Positions 13,156-23,399 of a stretch of 64,000 nucleotides of DNA are shown piece after piece (the first letter of the stretch is position 1; every line of letters starts with the position of its first letter). The stretch is taken from the NCBI RefSeq assembly GCF_030144855.1, contig NC_082714.1, forward strand, positions 96,038,001-96,102,000, in the 5' to 3' direction. The position numbers were made by a program, and so were the translations under genes. Under the pieces are notes generated by a model. That model was not told the origin of the DNA. It saw nothing but the letters and a program-made list of their open reading frames with translations, and did not search any database. The DNA is from Hypanus sabinus. Its lineage: Eukaryota.

Positions 13156-13470
13156 GTAACTCCAAACGCAGAGCAGAATATTTGGCGAGTCCTACCTGAA
13201 ATGGCCACCAAACTTCTCAATGTAAGGTCACCTGCGGATAGATACACAAGATATTTTTGCCGGTGACACATTCTGTAAAAGAATAAAGAAAAAAAATTGC
13301 GAATTTGATCAGGTTAACGTGGAACGTCCTTCTGGTCCTCCGTTAGATGGTGCTGACATACCCGAGCAAATAAATACATTCGAAAATAACGGCGCATTTT
13401 TAAACTCCAGCCAATGTGTTCATTTTGAATTCCTTCGTCCTCTAGTAGATATTTCTAATTTTTTGCACAG

Positions 13471-13778
13471 AACCCTAGCGTTTTTTCTCGGCCAGCCCGG
13501 CTGCAGTGTCTGTAGAGGTCGATCAGAGGATTGAACTGTCCTGTGAATTCAGACACAGTCTGGAGGTCGCATGTAATATTCTCTGGTAGAAATAGACGAA
13601 GCCCCGGTAGCCATCAAATCCATGCACTGCTACCAGACCGGATGTAGGACTACTTACAAAAAAAAAACGTCTCCGGCGAACGTATATCAACTCTGGAAAT
13701 CCGATTCCGGCTCGTACTGATGTGTTGGACGGGGTAGCTACCCACCGATTGTCAAAGGACCAACAATCCTAATTGGAG
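13471..13778 (+). pseudogene. Decayed Ig V-set exon with J-like G strand (non-rearranging VJ-type domain)
   Basis: Acceptor TTTTTTGCACAG and donor G|GTGAGG, phase 1-1. Reads SPAAVSVEVDQRIELSC(13542)-x13-W(13584)*K*TKP, CYQTGC, STLEI, DSGSY*C (13703-13723), PPIVKGPTILIG. Contains stops and frameshifts. Confidence 0.8.
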
Positions 13779-13994
13779 GTGAGGGGACTGGGCAGTCGGA
13801 TTGTACTCAGCCGTGTACTTTTCAACCATCTAAACGAACGAGTAATTTCACGATCTCCTGAAGGATCCGGTGAACATGACTCTTGAGAATACAGGCACGG
13901 TCATCTCCCGGAGCCATCGCTGGAGCTGACCTCAGACCAGATTACAGCAGCGAGACCCGAAAGCAGAAACCGAATCGGTATTCAACGTCATCGG

Positions 13995-14080
13995 CATGCG
14001 TTTGGCCCGTCACCCTCTCTTCGCACTGCTACCATCGGTCGAGAGGTGCAGAAGACTTGGGTCCCAAGCTGTAGTTTTTG
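13995..14080 (+). mobile_element. Short LINE 3' fragment (Rex1/Babar-like)
   Basis: CCCTCTCTTCGCACTGCTACCATCGGTCGAGAGGTGCAGAAG resembles 40140-40200. Confidence 0.4.
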
Positions 14081-14385
14081 CCACGCCGTCGTCGGGATCC
14101 TGGACCAGTTTAAGTCGCCGCAGCGCTGAACTGCCTCGGCATCCTGCGGACACATTCTGCGTATTCTGTACTTCGCCTTCTGTGTTTTATTTGTTCTTTT
14201 GCATTTTGGATGTCTTTGCGGTGTGGATTCTATTATATTTCTTTATTTTGCAGCTGGCTGCAAAGAGATTACTCTTGAGGTTGAGTATAGGATATACATA
14301 CTCTGATAATAGATTTTAACTTTGAGCTTTAAAATTCAAAGTTCTTCGGGGAACGTTGTGGCTCTTGGTATACATATCTGTCCAG

Positions 14386-14760
14386 AGAGTTCAGCCAAAC
14401 TGACGGACCTGTTGATGTTATTCCTGCCGTCTGAGACGAACGGGTTACTTTACCTGGTGTGTCTCGCTGTTGGACTTTCTTCCGTCCATACTGTACTTTA
14501 ATTGAACATATCCGGCAGATTACAGAAAGGTGGAGCGATCCCGGAATGTTTGACCCAGACCAGAGGCACAGTGTTAGAAGTCAGGAGCCAGTAACACTGA
14601 AAACCTGGACGATCGACGGAGTCTGTACCTGCATCACGCAATTTCTGGGTGCGGACAAGACAAAGGCCGATTTTATTGTTGTCACTGCCGCCGGCGGTCT
14701 TGGGCAATAGTCCCGGCGTTGTCCTGCTTATCTGTTTACCACTTCATAGTGGGACCGGGC
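14386..14760 (+). pseudogene. Decayed Ig C1-set exon, possibly running into a transmembrane segment
   Basis: Acceptor TCTGTCCAG, phase 1. Reads LYLVC(14460)LAVGLSSVHTVL*[W>L]NISG; after a 1-nt shift, ITERWSDPGMFDPDQRHSVRSQEPVTLKTWTIDGVCTC(14630)ITQ; then hydrophobic ILLLSLPPAVLGNSPGVVLLICL in another frame. Confidence 0.8.
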
Positions 14761-14919
14761 CGGTAGAGATGCCCCGCCCAGCCAAGCCGCAAGGGCTCGG
14801 GTTGAACGGGCATGCACTGAACAGCATAACCAAGTTACAGGAACTGTGCACAGGAACATCTGCGCTGTATATGTATTGGACACTTCCAAATCCAGATAGG
14901 AAACACCCAAGAAGGTAGT

Positions 14920-15245
14920 GAATAAATTGTTTCCTATATAGAGGGAGGTTGGGTGTCGAGAGCCCGAGGGCATGGCCACAGAATAAAAGGACGTCCCTTT
15001 AGAACATAGAGAAGTGGGAATAGCTTTCACTAGAATATGGCGAGTCTGTGGAATTCAGCATCACAGACGGCCTGGGAATCCAAGTTATTGGTTATAAGTA
15101 AAGCAGAGGTTCGTGGGCTTTTGATTAGTAAGGAAGTCAAAGGTGACAGACAGGCAAGAGAATTGCCTTCAGAGGTTAAATAAATCAGCCACGACGGAAT
15201 GGCGGACCGGGCATGATAGGCAGAATGGTCTAATTCTGTTCCTAT
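14920..15245 (+). mobile_element. CR1 3' fragment
   Basis: CR1 RT C-terminus and 3'UTR stem motifs (GACGGAATGGCGGACCGGGCATGATAGGCAGAATGG). Confidence 0.7.
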
Positions 15246-15436
15246 GTCCGCTGGAATACTTCTCTGACGCCACGTCCCAAATAAATTTACACGTGTTTAT
15301 TGGATCTGCTTATATCTAGCAACACAAACATTAGTTGTCCAAATCTACTTGCCCTTTGACCACTGGGGGTTTAGGGCGAACCTCCTCGTTAATTCTCTGA
15401 TGCCCGAGTGATCAAAATGCTTTCCCAGTGCTTCAG

Positions 15437-15640
15437 GAAACGACTTCTAGGAGTTCCATGATAAAAGTGAGACGTTGGGCTTCCCAGATGAGACGGTGTA
15501 CAGCTTAGAAGTAGATAACCTTCCCTCATCGCGACGTTCCTGGTGACCGTAAAAACAATGGCCCGAATAACCTCGACAGAGTACACTTCTATCATTTTGT
15601 CCCAAGTGCAACCCCGTGGCGGGGGTGGGGGAAAGTTTCT
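15437..15640 (+). pseudogene. Candidate cytoplasmic-tail exon with tyrosine motifs (TVYSL; TEYTSI)
   Basis: Acceptor CTTCAG at 15431-15436. ETVYSL at 15490-15507 and TEYTSI (ITSM consensus TxYxxI) at 15576-15593. One stop; the two motifs are in different frames. Confidence 0.35.
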
Positions 15641-16049
15641 GTATCGTGTTTAAATAGGCAATTATGAGGGATATCATCCTCACAGCACGATAATAGGTGA
15701 AAGGCCAAGGCTCAATGAGAATATTGCGACTCTGCAACAACGTATAAAAGACAGGATGAGTGAGTGAAAACCTGTTATATAGGATTTTCTGTAAAAAAAA
15801 ATTGCGAGACCAATTCGAGATTATTATCTCTATGGAAAAACAGTGCAAGGAGTACAGAGGGTTGCAGGTATTCTTACATGAAAATAAAAAACAGAATGGC
15901 GGGCAGGTGCAACAAATAGTTCAATGTTTAACTGGCGTCTTCTAGTTTGCGAAAGTTTTGCAGTTTAAGATGCGGATATGTCGTTACAATTATAGTGTGT
16001 ACAGGTGAGGCCAGTACTGGAGTACCAAGAAAAGGTTGTCCCCTTAATT

Positions 16050-16740
16050 AAGCAAGGATATGGTAACATTGCAGATAGATCATACAACAGCACAGCACAT
16101 GGACAGGCTAAACTTACCCCTGGCATCTCCTCTGTACCTACTTCCAAGCACCTTAAAACTGTGTCTTCACGTGCTAGCCATTTCAGCCCTGGGTAAAAGC
16201 TTCTGACTATCCACACAATCAATGCCCCTCATCATCTTATATATCTCTATCAAGTCACCTCTCATCCTCTGTCTCTCCAAGGTAAAAAGGCCGAATTCAT
16301 TCAATCTATTCTCATAAGCACGTTCCCCAATCGAGGCAACATCTTTGTAAGTATCCTCTGCACACTTTCTATGGTTTCCACATCCTTCCTGTAGTGAGGC
16401 GACCAGAAATGAGCACAGTACTCCAAGTGGGGTCTGACCAGAGTCCTATATAGCTGCAGCATTGCCTCTCGGCACTTAATCCCAGGACTGATGAAGGCCA
16501 ATGCACCACATGTCTTCTTAAACATAGAGTCAACCAGCGTAACAGCATTGAGTGTCCTGTGGACTCGGACCCCAAGATCCCTCTGATCCTTATATTTGAC
16601 CTACAAAAATGTGCCACCTCACACTTACCTGGGTTGAACTCCATCTGCCACTTCTCAGCCCAGTTTTGCATCCTATCAATGTCCCTCTGTAACCTCTGAC
16701 AGCCCTCCACACTATCTACAACACCTTCAACCTTTGTCTC
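16050..16740 (-). mobile_element. CR1 3' fragment
   Basis: Minus-strand ORFs with LQRDIDRMQNWAEKWQMEFN and LVRPHLEYCAHFWSP. Confidence 0.9.
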
Positions 16741-17769
16741 ATCAAGAAATTTACTCACCCATGTGTGTCTTTCGACTCCTGTATTTCCTCACTGATGGTA
16801 GTAAAGAGAAGATGTCCTTAATTATAGATGCCGCCTTTCTGAGGCATCACCTTTTGACGATGCTGGGAAGACTAAAGCTCATGATAGAGCTGACGTGTGT
16901 GCAACCCTTTGCAATATTTTCCTATCCTGTGCTGTGCCTCCACATACCAGTCGGTGATACGACCTGTTAGAAAGCTCTCTATAAATTTCCTAGCGTCTTT
17001 TGTAACAAACTAAATCTCTCAAAAATTGCAATTGTATCTTCATAATTGTATCAATATGATGGCACTACGGTACATCTTCATAGATGTTGACACCCAGGAA
17101 TTTGAAACTTCCTGACTATCCCTGCAGATATGAATATCACTGGATATCCATGTACCTATCTAAACGCCAGCGTTATGTTAGCTTCAACCACTATCCCGGA
17201 ACCTACCAGATTCTGCTGGATCTGATAGTAGGTGAATATCTTGGGAACAGTAACCAAACGGTATTAGGTTTTGAGATAATTATAAGTAAGAATATACCTG
17301 GATCTTGTGGAAAGGTCCGGTCCTAAACGGGATGGCTGCTGAGGGAAAAGTGGGCAAATTCAGATAGCATCAGATGAGGTGGGATGGAAGCTAAAGGACG
17401 TTTACTGGGGGCAACTGTTGTTGAACAAGTCCACGGTCAACGTCCGACATCAAGGATCAAGTATGGATTGTTAACTTACAATTATAACGAATAAAGAATT
17501 ATATAAAAATAAAATTAGAGGTTAAAGGGCGGGTGTGGAATAAAGTGTGCATAAATAGATAAATACCTGCATGTAATACCATGTAAACAGCATTGTATGA
17601 AATAAAAGTCGTTTTAGGTGCTTACAGTACAGTATATTGTTTTCGTGTCTCCATGGCATTTTCCAGAGGGAGCTTTTGTGGAAGGCAGTTTGGACGGTGG
17701 GTAGTGTCCACATGGGGTTGATCCAGCAGATCAAGATCAGAAAGTTCCGGAAAGGAGTAAGAATAAGGA

Positions 17770-18480
17770 TAGCAACGGAAGGGAACGTTGGATGAATCGA
17801 GAAGTCCTGAATTTAGTCATGAAGAAAATGGAAGCGTACGTAAAGATTGGGAAGTTGAAATTAGACCCTGCCCTGTGGAATGTAAGGTCGCCGGTAGTGT
17901 TGAAGCTGATGATTAGAAAAGTCAGAGAAGCCTATCTAAATGGAGAACTAATTCAGATATCGGAGTTGCAAAGGGACTTTGGAGTCCTCGTGCAGGAATT
18001 CATAAAGTTTAACTTGCATTTTGCGTTGGTAGTAAGCATGCAAATGCATTGTTCGCATTCAATTCAAGATTACTAAAATATTAATGCAAGGTTGTAATGC
18101 TGGGACATTGATCCGTCCGCTCTAGAAGCTCTTTCTCCAGTTTTGGGTCTCTTATCTAAGAAAAAGGGTGTTGACATTGGCGGGGGTTTTGAGAAGGTTC
18201 ACCAGAATGGACCCGGTAATGAAAGGGTTCATAAATGAGGATAGTTTCCTGGATCTGATCCTATACTCGCTGGAATTTAGAAAAAAATGTGTGTGTGTGG
18301 GTTGGGGGGTGTGTGGTTCCGGTGCGAGTGATCTCATTGAAACATATCGAATATTTCAAGGTCGAGATAAAGTGAACGTGGTAAAAATATGACATATTGT
18401 CGGGGAGTCTAGGACCAAAAGGCACGGCCTTAATATAGACGTACATCTAGATCAAAGATAAGGCGGGGGGGGGGATTTCT
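17770..18480 (+). mobile_element. Degraded CR1 ORF2 fragments
   Basis: WMNREVLNLVMKK, ELQRDFGVLV, RRFTRMDP and DLIETYRI remnants. Confidence 0.7.
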
Positions 18481-18729
18481 TTAGTTCAAGTTCAACAAGA
18501 AAATATCCAAAGGAAATAATATTCCTCTGGGGCCAAGGTGCAATACAGATCACCAGCAATCACATACAGCATATATAATCATGTTGACAGATAAAATCAT
18601 ACATTTACAATAAATAATTATAATAATATCCTCTTGCAGTTCGACACAATCTGATTGCTTACACAGGTACAGGCAAGTGGCAAACGTCATTCAGAGAAAG
18701 CTTGCTATAAAATACAAAATCACAAATAA

Positions 18730-18915
18730 AATTACACCTTCTTATCTACATAAGCCTGATCCTGTTCCAGAATCAGAATACCGCAAATTTTATCACGACC
18801 ACAACACCGGGTAAAACCCATGCATTCCACGAGGAGGACATATGGAGACTCCTTAAAGGTGACGCTGGGATTGAACTCTGAACTCCGGAACGGCCCGAGC
18901 TGCAATAGCGTCTGA
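18730..18915 (-). mobile_element. Degraded V-SINE/HE1-like SINE
   Basis: Reverse complement reads GAGTTCAATCCCAGCGTC..GTCCTCCTCGTGGAATGCATGGGTTTTACCCGGTG; same family as 6685-6860. Confidence 0.55.
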
Positions 18916-18968
18916 TGTATCGGGTGTGTACTGCCTTCTTTATAGTCTTTCATGTAATAATGTCCAAT

Positions 18969-18994
18969 CACACACACACACACACACACACACA
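18969..18994. repeat. (CA)n microsatellite
   Basis: Direct inspection. Confidence 0.95.
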
Positions 18995-19014
18995 CCTGAT
19001 AATGTAAGATTTTT

Positions 19015-19910
19015 TTCTTTTCAAATCTTTTTTTTATTATTATTATTCAAAAATAGCACATGTACATCGAAGTAACAACACTTACAATGCCTCAAAAAAG
19101 AAGAAATTATCTTAAAGATTGAAAATTTTTGTGAATGGAAAAAAACCTACTAAGCAAGAAAAGTGAGGGAAAAAAGGAAACTCATTGGAGGTACAACCCC
19201 GGAGCCTTGCGTCATAGAAAAAGCTTCTAAAAATAAACATCAAACCGCCAACAAGAAAAAAAGAAATATCAAAAAAAAATTACATTTAAATCGTGGAGGA
19301 AATCTATCAGTTAACTGGAATAATAATAACGAGCAAATGAGCCCCATCACTTCTCAAAATCAAATAAAGGTTCAAAGGTTCGACTTCTAATTTTCTCCAA
19401 GCTCAGACACAGCATCACTTGAGAGAACCATTGTGACAAAGGAAGAGCTGATATATCCTTCCATTTCAACAAAATGTCCCTCCTAGCTATCAATGTAACA
19501 AACACAATAACATGTTGGTCAGACACAGAAATACCATGGATATTTTGAAGAATTATTCCAAAAAGCACAGTCAATTTACTAGGTTGTAAGTTGATTCTGA
19601 GTGCTTTAGAAATTGTCGCAAAGACTGACTTCCAAAAGTGTTTTAATATAAAATATGACTAGGACATATGTGCCTGTGTAGCTATCTCAGTTTTACATCT
19701 ATCAGAATAGGTCAAAATTCGGAAATATTTTAGAAAGTCTCTCTTTCGTCAAATGGTAACGATGTATAATTTTAAATTGAATCAGTGAATGACTCGCACA
19801 GATTGAAGAAGAATTGATCGTTAACCAAAGACGACGCATTTCAATGCATGCTTCGAAAGTCATGTGAGAATCGTCTTTTAAAAATTTATTCCGGGATGGG
19901 GTATTCCGGA
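19015..19910 (-). mobile_element. L1-clade LINE 3' fragment
   Basis: T-rich tail at about 19015-19045. Peptide TLIARRDILLKWK..SQWFSQVMLCLSLEKIR matches the ORF2 C-terminus of the L1 at 34871-35701. Confidence 0.85.
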
Positions 19911-20139
19911 ATCCGGCACCATGGAGGAATCAAAAACTAACTCCGGACTTGCAGTTGAAATTCAGATGACTTAATGAAATGATTTGTCTTGATTGCACAG
20001 ACAGCTTTAGTTACGACAACGATCTCTTACGTGATTCGCCGGTCAAATTCGTTAATCACCAGATAACCTCGGTTTCAAAAGCATAGTGCCATCACAAAGA
20101 TTTTCTTCACATTTTGCCCCGAGAAACAGTTGAACCATC

Positions 20140-20480
20140 ATTAGTTCCGCGGCTCCTTCCTGCCACTGTCATTGCTGGCCTCTGGCTGTTCACCCTCCCT
20201 ATTGAGAATATCCTGCAGCCACTCTAATGCATCCTGGACCTTGGCAACCGGGAGGAAACAAATCGTACTATTGTCTTTTTAGCGGCAACAGAATGTCCCC
20301 CTAACTATCGCACTGCCTGATTTTACCCTTCCCTGCTGGGACATACGATCATCGTTTCGGGCCGAGATATCAGTCATGTATCCCTTTCCTTCGCAGGCGG
20401 CGTGATTTATTTGTTTCACTGTCCCTACCGCTCCCAGGTGGGACCTTTTGAAATAGACAGTATGCTTGGCTGTTTCTTGT
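20140..20480 (-). mobile_element. Degraded CR1 ORF1 fragment
   Basis: Reverse complement of CCCCCTAACTATCG and CAACCGGGAGGAAACA resembles GDSIVRG and CLPGAR coding sequence. Confidence 0.5.
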
Positions 20481-21446
20481 TTCTTTGACCTGGACACATG
20501 CAAGTCCGGCAATAATGGTACTCTGCAGCCAATAGAGCTTTGACAAGGGGCCACTCCGGACATCGGAAGTTTGGAGAATAGAGGACATTAATGAGGTCAC
20601 GACTCGAGGATAAAAGGCAGAAGCGGGTCGTAATAGAGCTTTGACCAGCTGTCAGTGGGATTCATTAGCAAGACCAAATTAAAGGAAGGCAGAGGCAAGC
20701 GTAGTGGCCATACTGTCGTTGTCGTAGTGGACGTAGTCATAGTAGTGATCTTAAGGTTTTAACTTCGAGTCTGCGGCGAAGGGAGGTTCCACTCAGAGAA
20801 AGCAAAGAGAAGAAAAGTTCAAAGGCCAAAGTAACTTTATTATCGAGACACGTACACTGCCTGCCACCATATACTAGTAGGAGATTCGGCTTCTTCAAGG
20901 TATTCACGGGAACCACGAAATACAATAGAATCACTGAAAAATTATAATCGCTGAAGGATCGGATACCGTGAGTTATGAAAGCCAATGTTCTGAAAGCTCT
21001 CTTTCCGATGCTAGGAAATTTCAAGGAACTAAGGACCTGTATGCCCAGATCCTTTTCTTCTATTGCACACCACAGTGCCCCACCTATCACTGTCTAAATC
21101 TTACCCTCCTTTTTCCTACTGATATGAAACTTCTCACACTTGTCTTCATTCAAATCCATCTGACATTTTCAACCTAAAACAAATGAATGCAATTTCAATC
21201 TCAATACATTATTTTCATCCAAGTTCCATTCAAGAAGTTTGTACATAAATTTACTATAGAAAAATAGTAGACAACAATAAATAATTTGCCATTTCTGGAA
21301 CAGAAGTGAAAAATATGGACTGAAATCGTTTGGCTCAAAACGTCAACTCTCGATTCATTTCCACAGATACTGCTTCATCTACTGAGTTGTTCCAGCATTC
21401 TGTGTGAGTTCGTCTGGATTTCCAGCATCTGCAGAATCTCTTGAGT

Positions 21447-23392
21447 TTAGAAACATAGAAACATGAAAAACCTACAGTACAATACAGCCCGACCTGCCCA
21501 CAAAGCTGTGCCGAACAAATCCCTGCCTTGCAAATTGCTAGGCATACCTATCGCCGTCTATTTTTCTAAGCTCTATGTACCTATCCAAAAGTCTCTAAAA
21601 GGACCCTATCGTATCCGCCTCCACCAGCGTTTCAGGCAGCCCATTCCACGCACTCATCACTCTCTGAGTAAAAGACTTACCCCTGATATCTCCTCTGTAC
21701 CTTCTCCCCAGCACCTTAAACACGTGTCCTTTTGTGGAACCATTTCAGCCCTGGGAAAAAAAGCCTCTGACTATCCACACGATCAATGCCTCTCATCATC
21801 TTATACATCTCTATCAGGTCACCTCTCATCCTCCGTCGCTCCAAGGAGAAAAGACCGAGTTCACTCAACCTATTCTCATAAGGCATGCTCCCCAATCCAG
21901 ACAACATTCTTGTAAATCTCCTCTGCACCCTTCCTATGGCTTCCACATCCTTCCTGTAGTGCGTCGACCAAAACTGAGCACAGTACTCCAAGTGGGGTCT
22001 GGCCAGGGTCCTATATAGCTGCAACATCACCTCTCGGCTCCTAAATTCAGTTCCATGATTGATGAAAGCCAATACACCGTACTCCTTCTTAACCACAGCG
22101 TCAACCTGCGCAGCTGCTTTGGGCGTCTGGACTCGAACTCCAAGAAAGCTTCGATCCTCCACACTGCCAAGACTACTACCATTAATATTATATTCTGCCA
22201 TCATATTTGACCTACCAAAATGAACCACTTCTCACCTATCTGGGTTGAACTCCATCTGCCACTTCTCAGCCCAGTTTTGCATCTTATCAATGTCCCTCTG
22301 TGACCACTGACAGCCTTCCACACTATCCACAACACCCCCAACCTATGTGTCATCAGCAAACTTACTGATCAATCCCTCCACTGCCTCATGCAGGTCATTT
22401 ATAAAAATCACGAATAGTAAGGGACCCAGAACAGATCCCTGAGGCAAACCACTGGTGACCGACCTCCATGCAGAATATAACCCGTCTACAGCCACTCTTA
22501 TGCTTTCTGTGGGCAAGCCTGTTCTGGATACACAAAGCAATGTCCCCTTGGATCCCATGCCTCCTTACTTTCTCAATAAGTCTTGCATGGGGTTCCTTAT
22601 CAAATGCCTTGCTGAAATCCATATACACTACATCTACTGCTTTTCCTTCATCAATGTGGTTAGTCACATCTTCAAAAGTTTCAATCAGGCTCGTAAGGCA
22701 CCACCTACCCTTGACAAAGCCATGCTGACTATTCATAATCATATTATACCTCTCCAAATGTTCATAAATACTGCCTCTCAGGATCTTCTCCATCAACTTA
22801 CCAACCACTGAAGTAAGGCTGATCAGACTGTAACTTCCTGGGCTATCTCTTCTCCCTTTCTTGAATAAAGGAATAACATCCGCAAACCTCCAGTCCTCCA
22901 GAACCTCTCCCATCCCCAGTGATGATGCAAAGATCATCGCCAGAGGCTCCTCCCTCGCCTCCCACAGTAGCCTGGGGCACATCTCATCCGGTCCCGGCGA
23001 CTTATCCAATTTGATGTTTTCCAAAAGCTCCAGCACATCCTCTTTCTTAACATCTACATGCTCAAGCTTTTCAGTCTGTTGCAAGTCATCATTACAATCA
23101 CCAAGATCTTTTTCTATAGTGAATACTGAAGTAAAGTATTCATTAAATAACTCTGCTTTTTCGGCCGGTTCCACCCACACTTTCCCACTGTCACACTTGA
23201 TAGGTCCTATACTTTCACATCTTATCCTCTTGCTCTTCACATACTTGTAGAATGATTTGGGATTTTCCTTAGTCCTTCCCGCGAAGGCATTCTCATGGCC
23301 CCTTTTGGGTCTCCTAATTTCATTCTTAAGGACCTTCCAAATAGACTTATAATATTCTAGATCTCTAACATTACCTAGCTCTCTGAACCTCT
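21447..23392 (-). mobile_element. 5'-truncated CR1 (RT region and tail)
   Basis: Minus ORFs with [28 protein letters not shown] and FADD; AGAAACAT-type tail at about 21447-21465. Confidence 0.9.
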
Positions 23393-23399
23393 GAAACAG

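Noticed and set aside
17450-17635. Third copy of sequence resembling the IgL 3' flank
   Set aside because: It matches only the distal LINE-tail part (after CAAGGATCAA), not bases 1-210, and no C exon precedes it. Treated as an interspersed repeat.
19991-20075. Possible exon after GATTGCACAG
   Set aside because: No recognisable motif or donor; cannot be linked to the IgSF gene.
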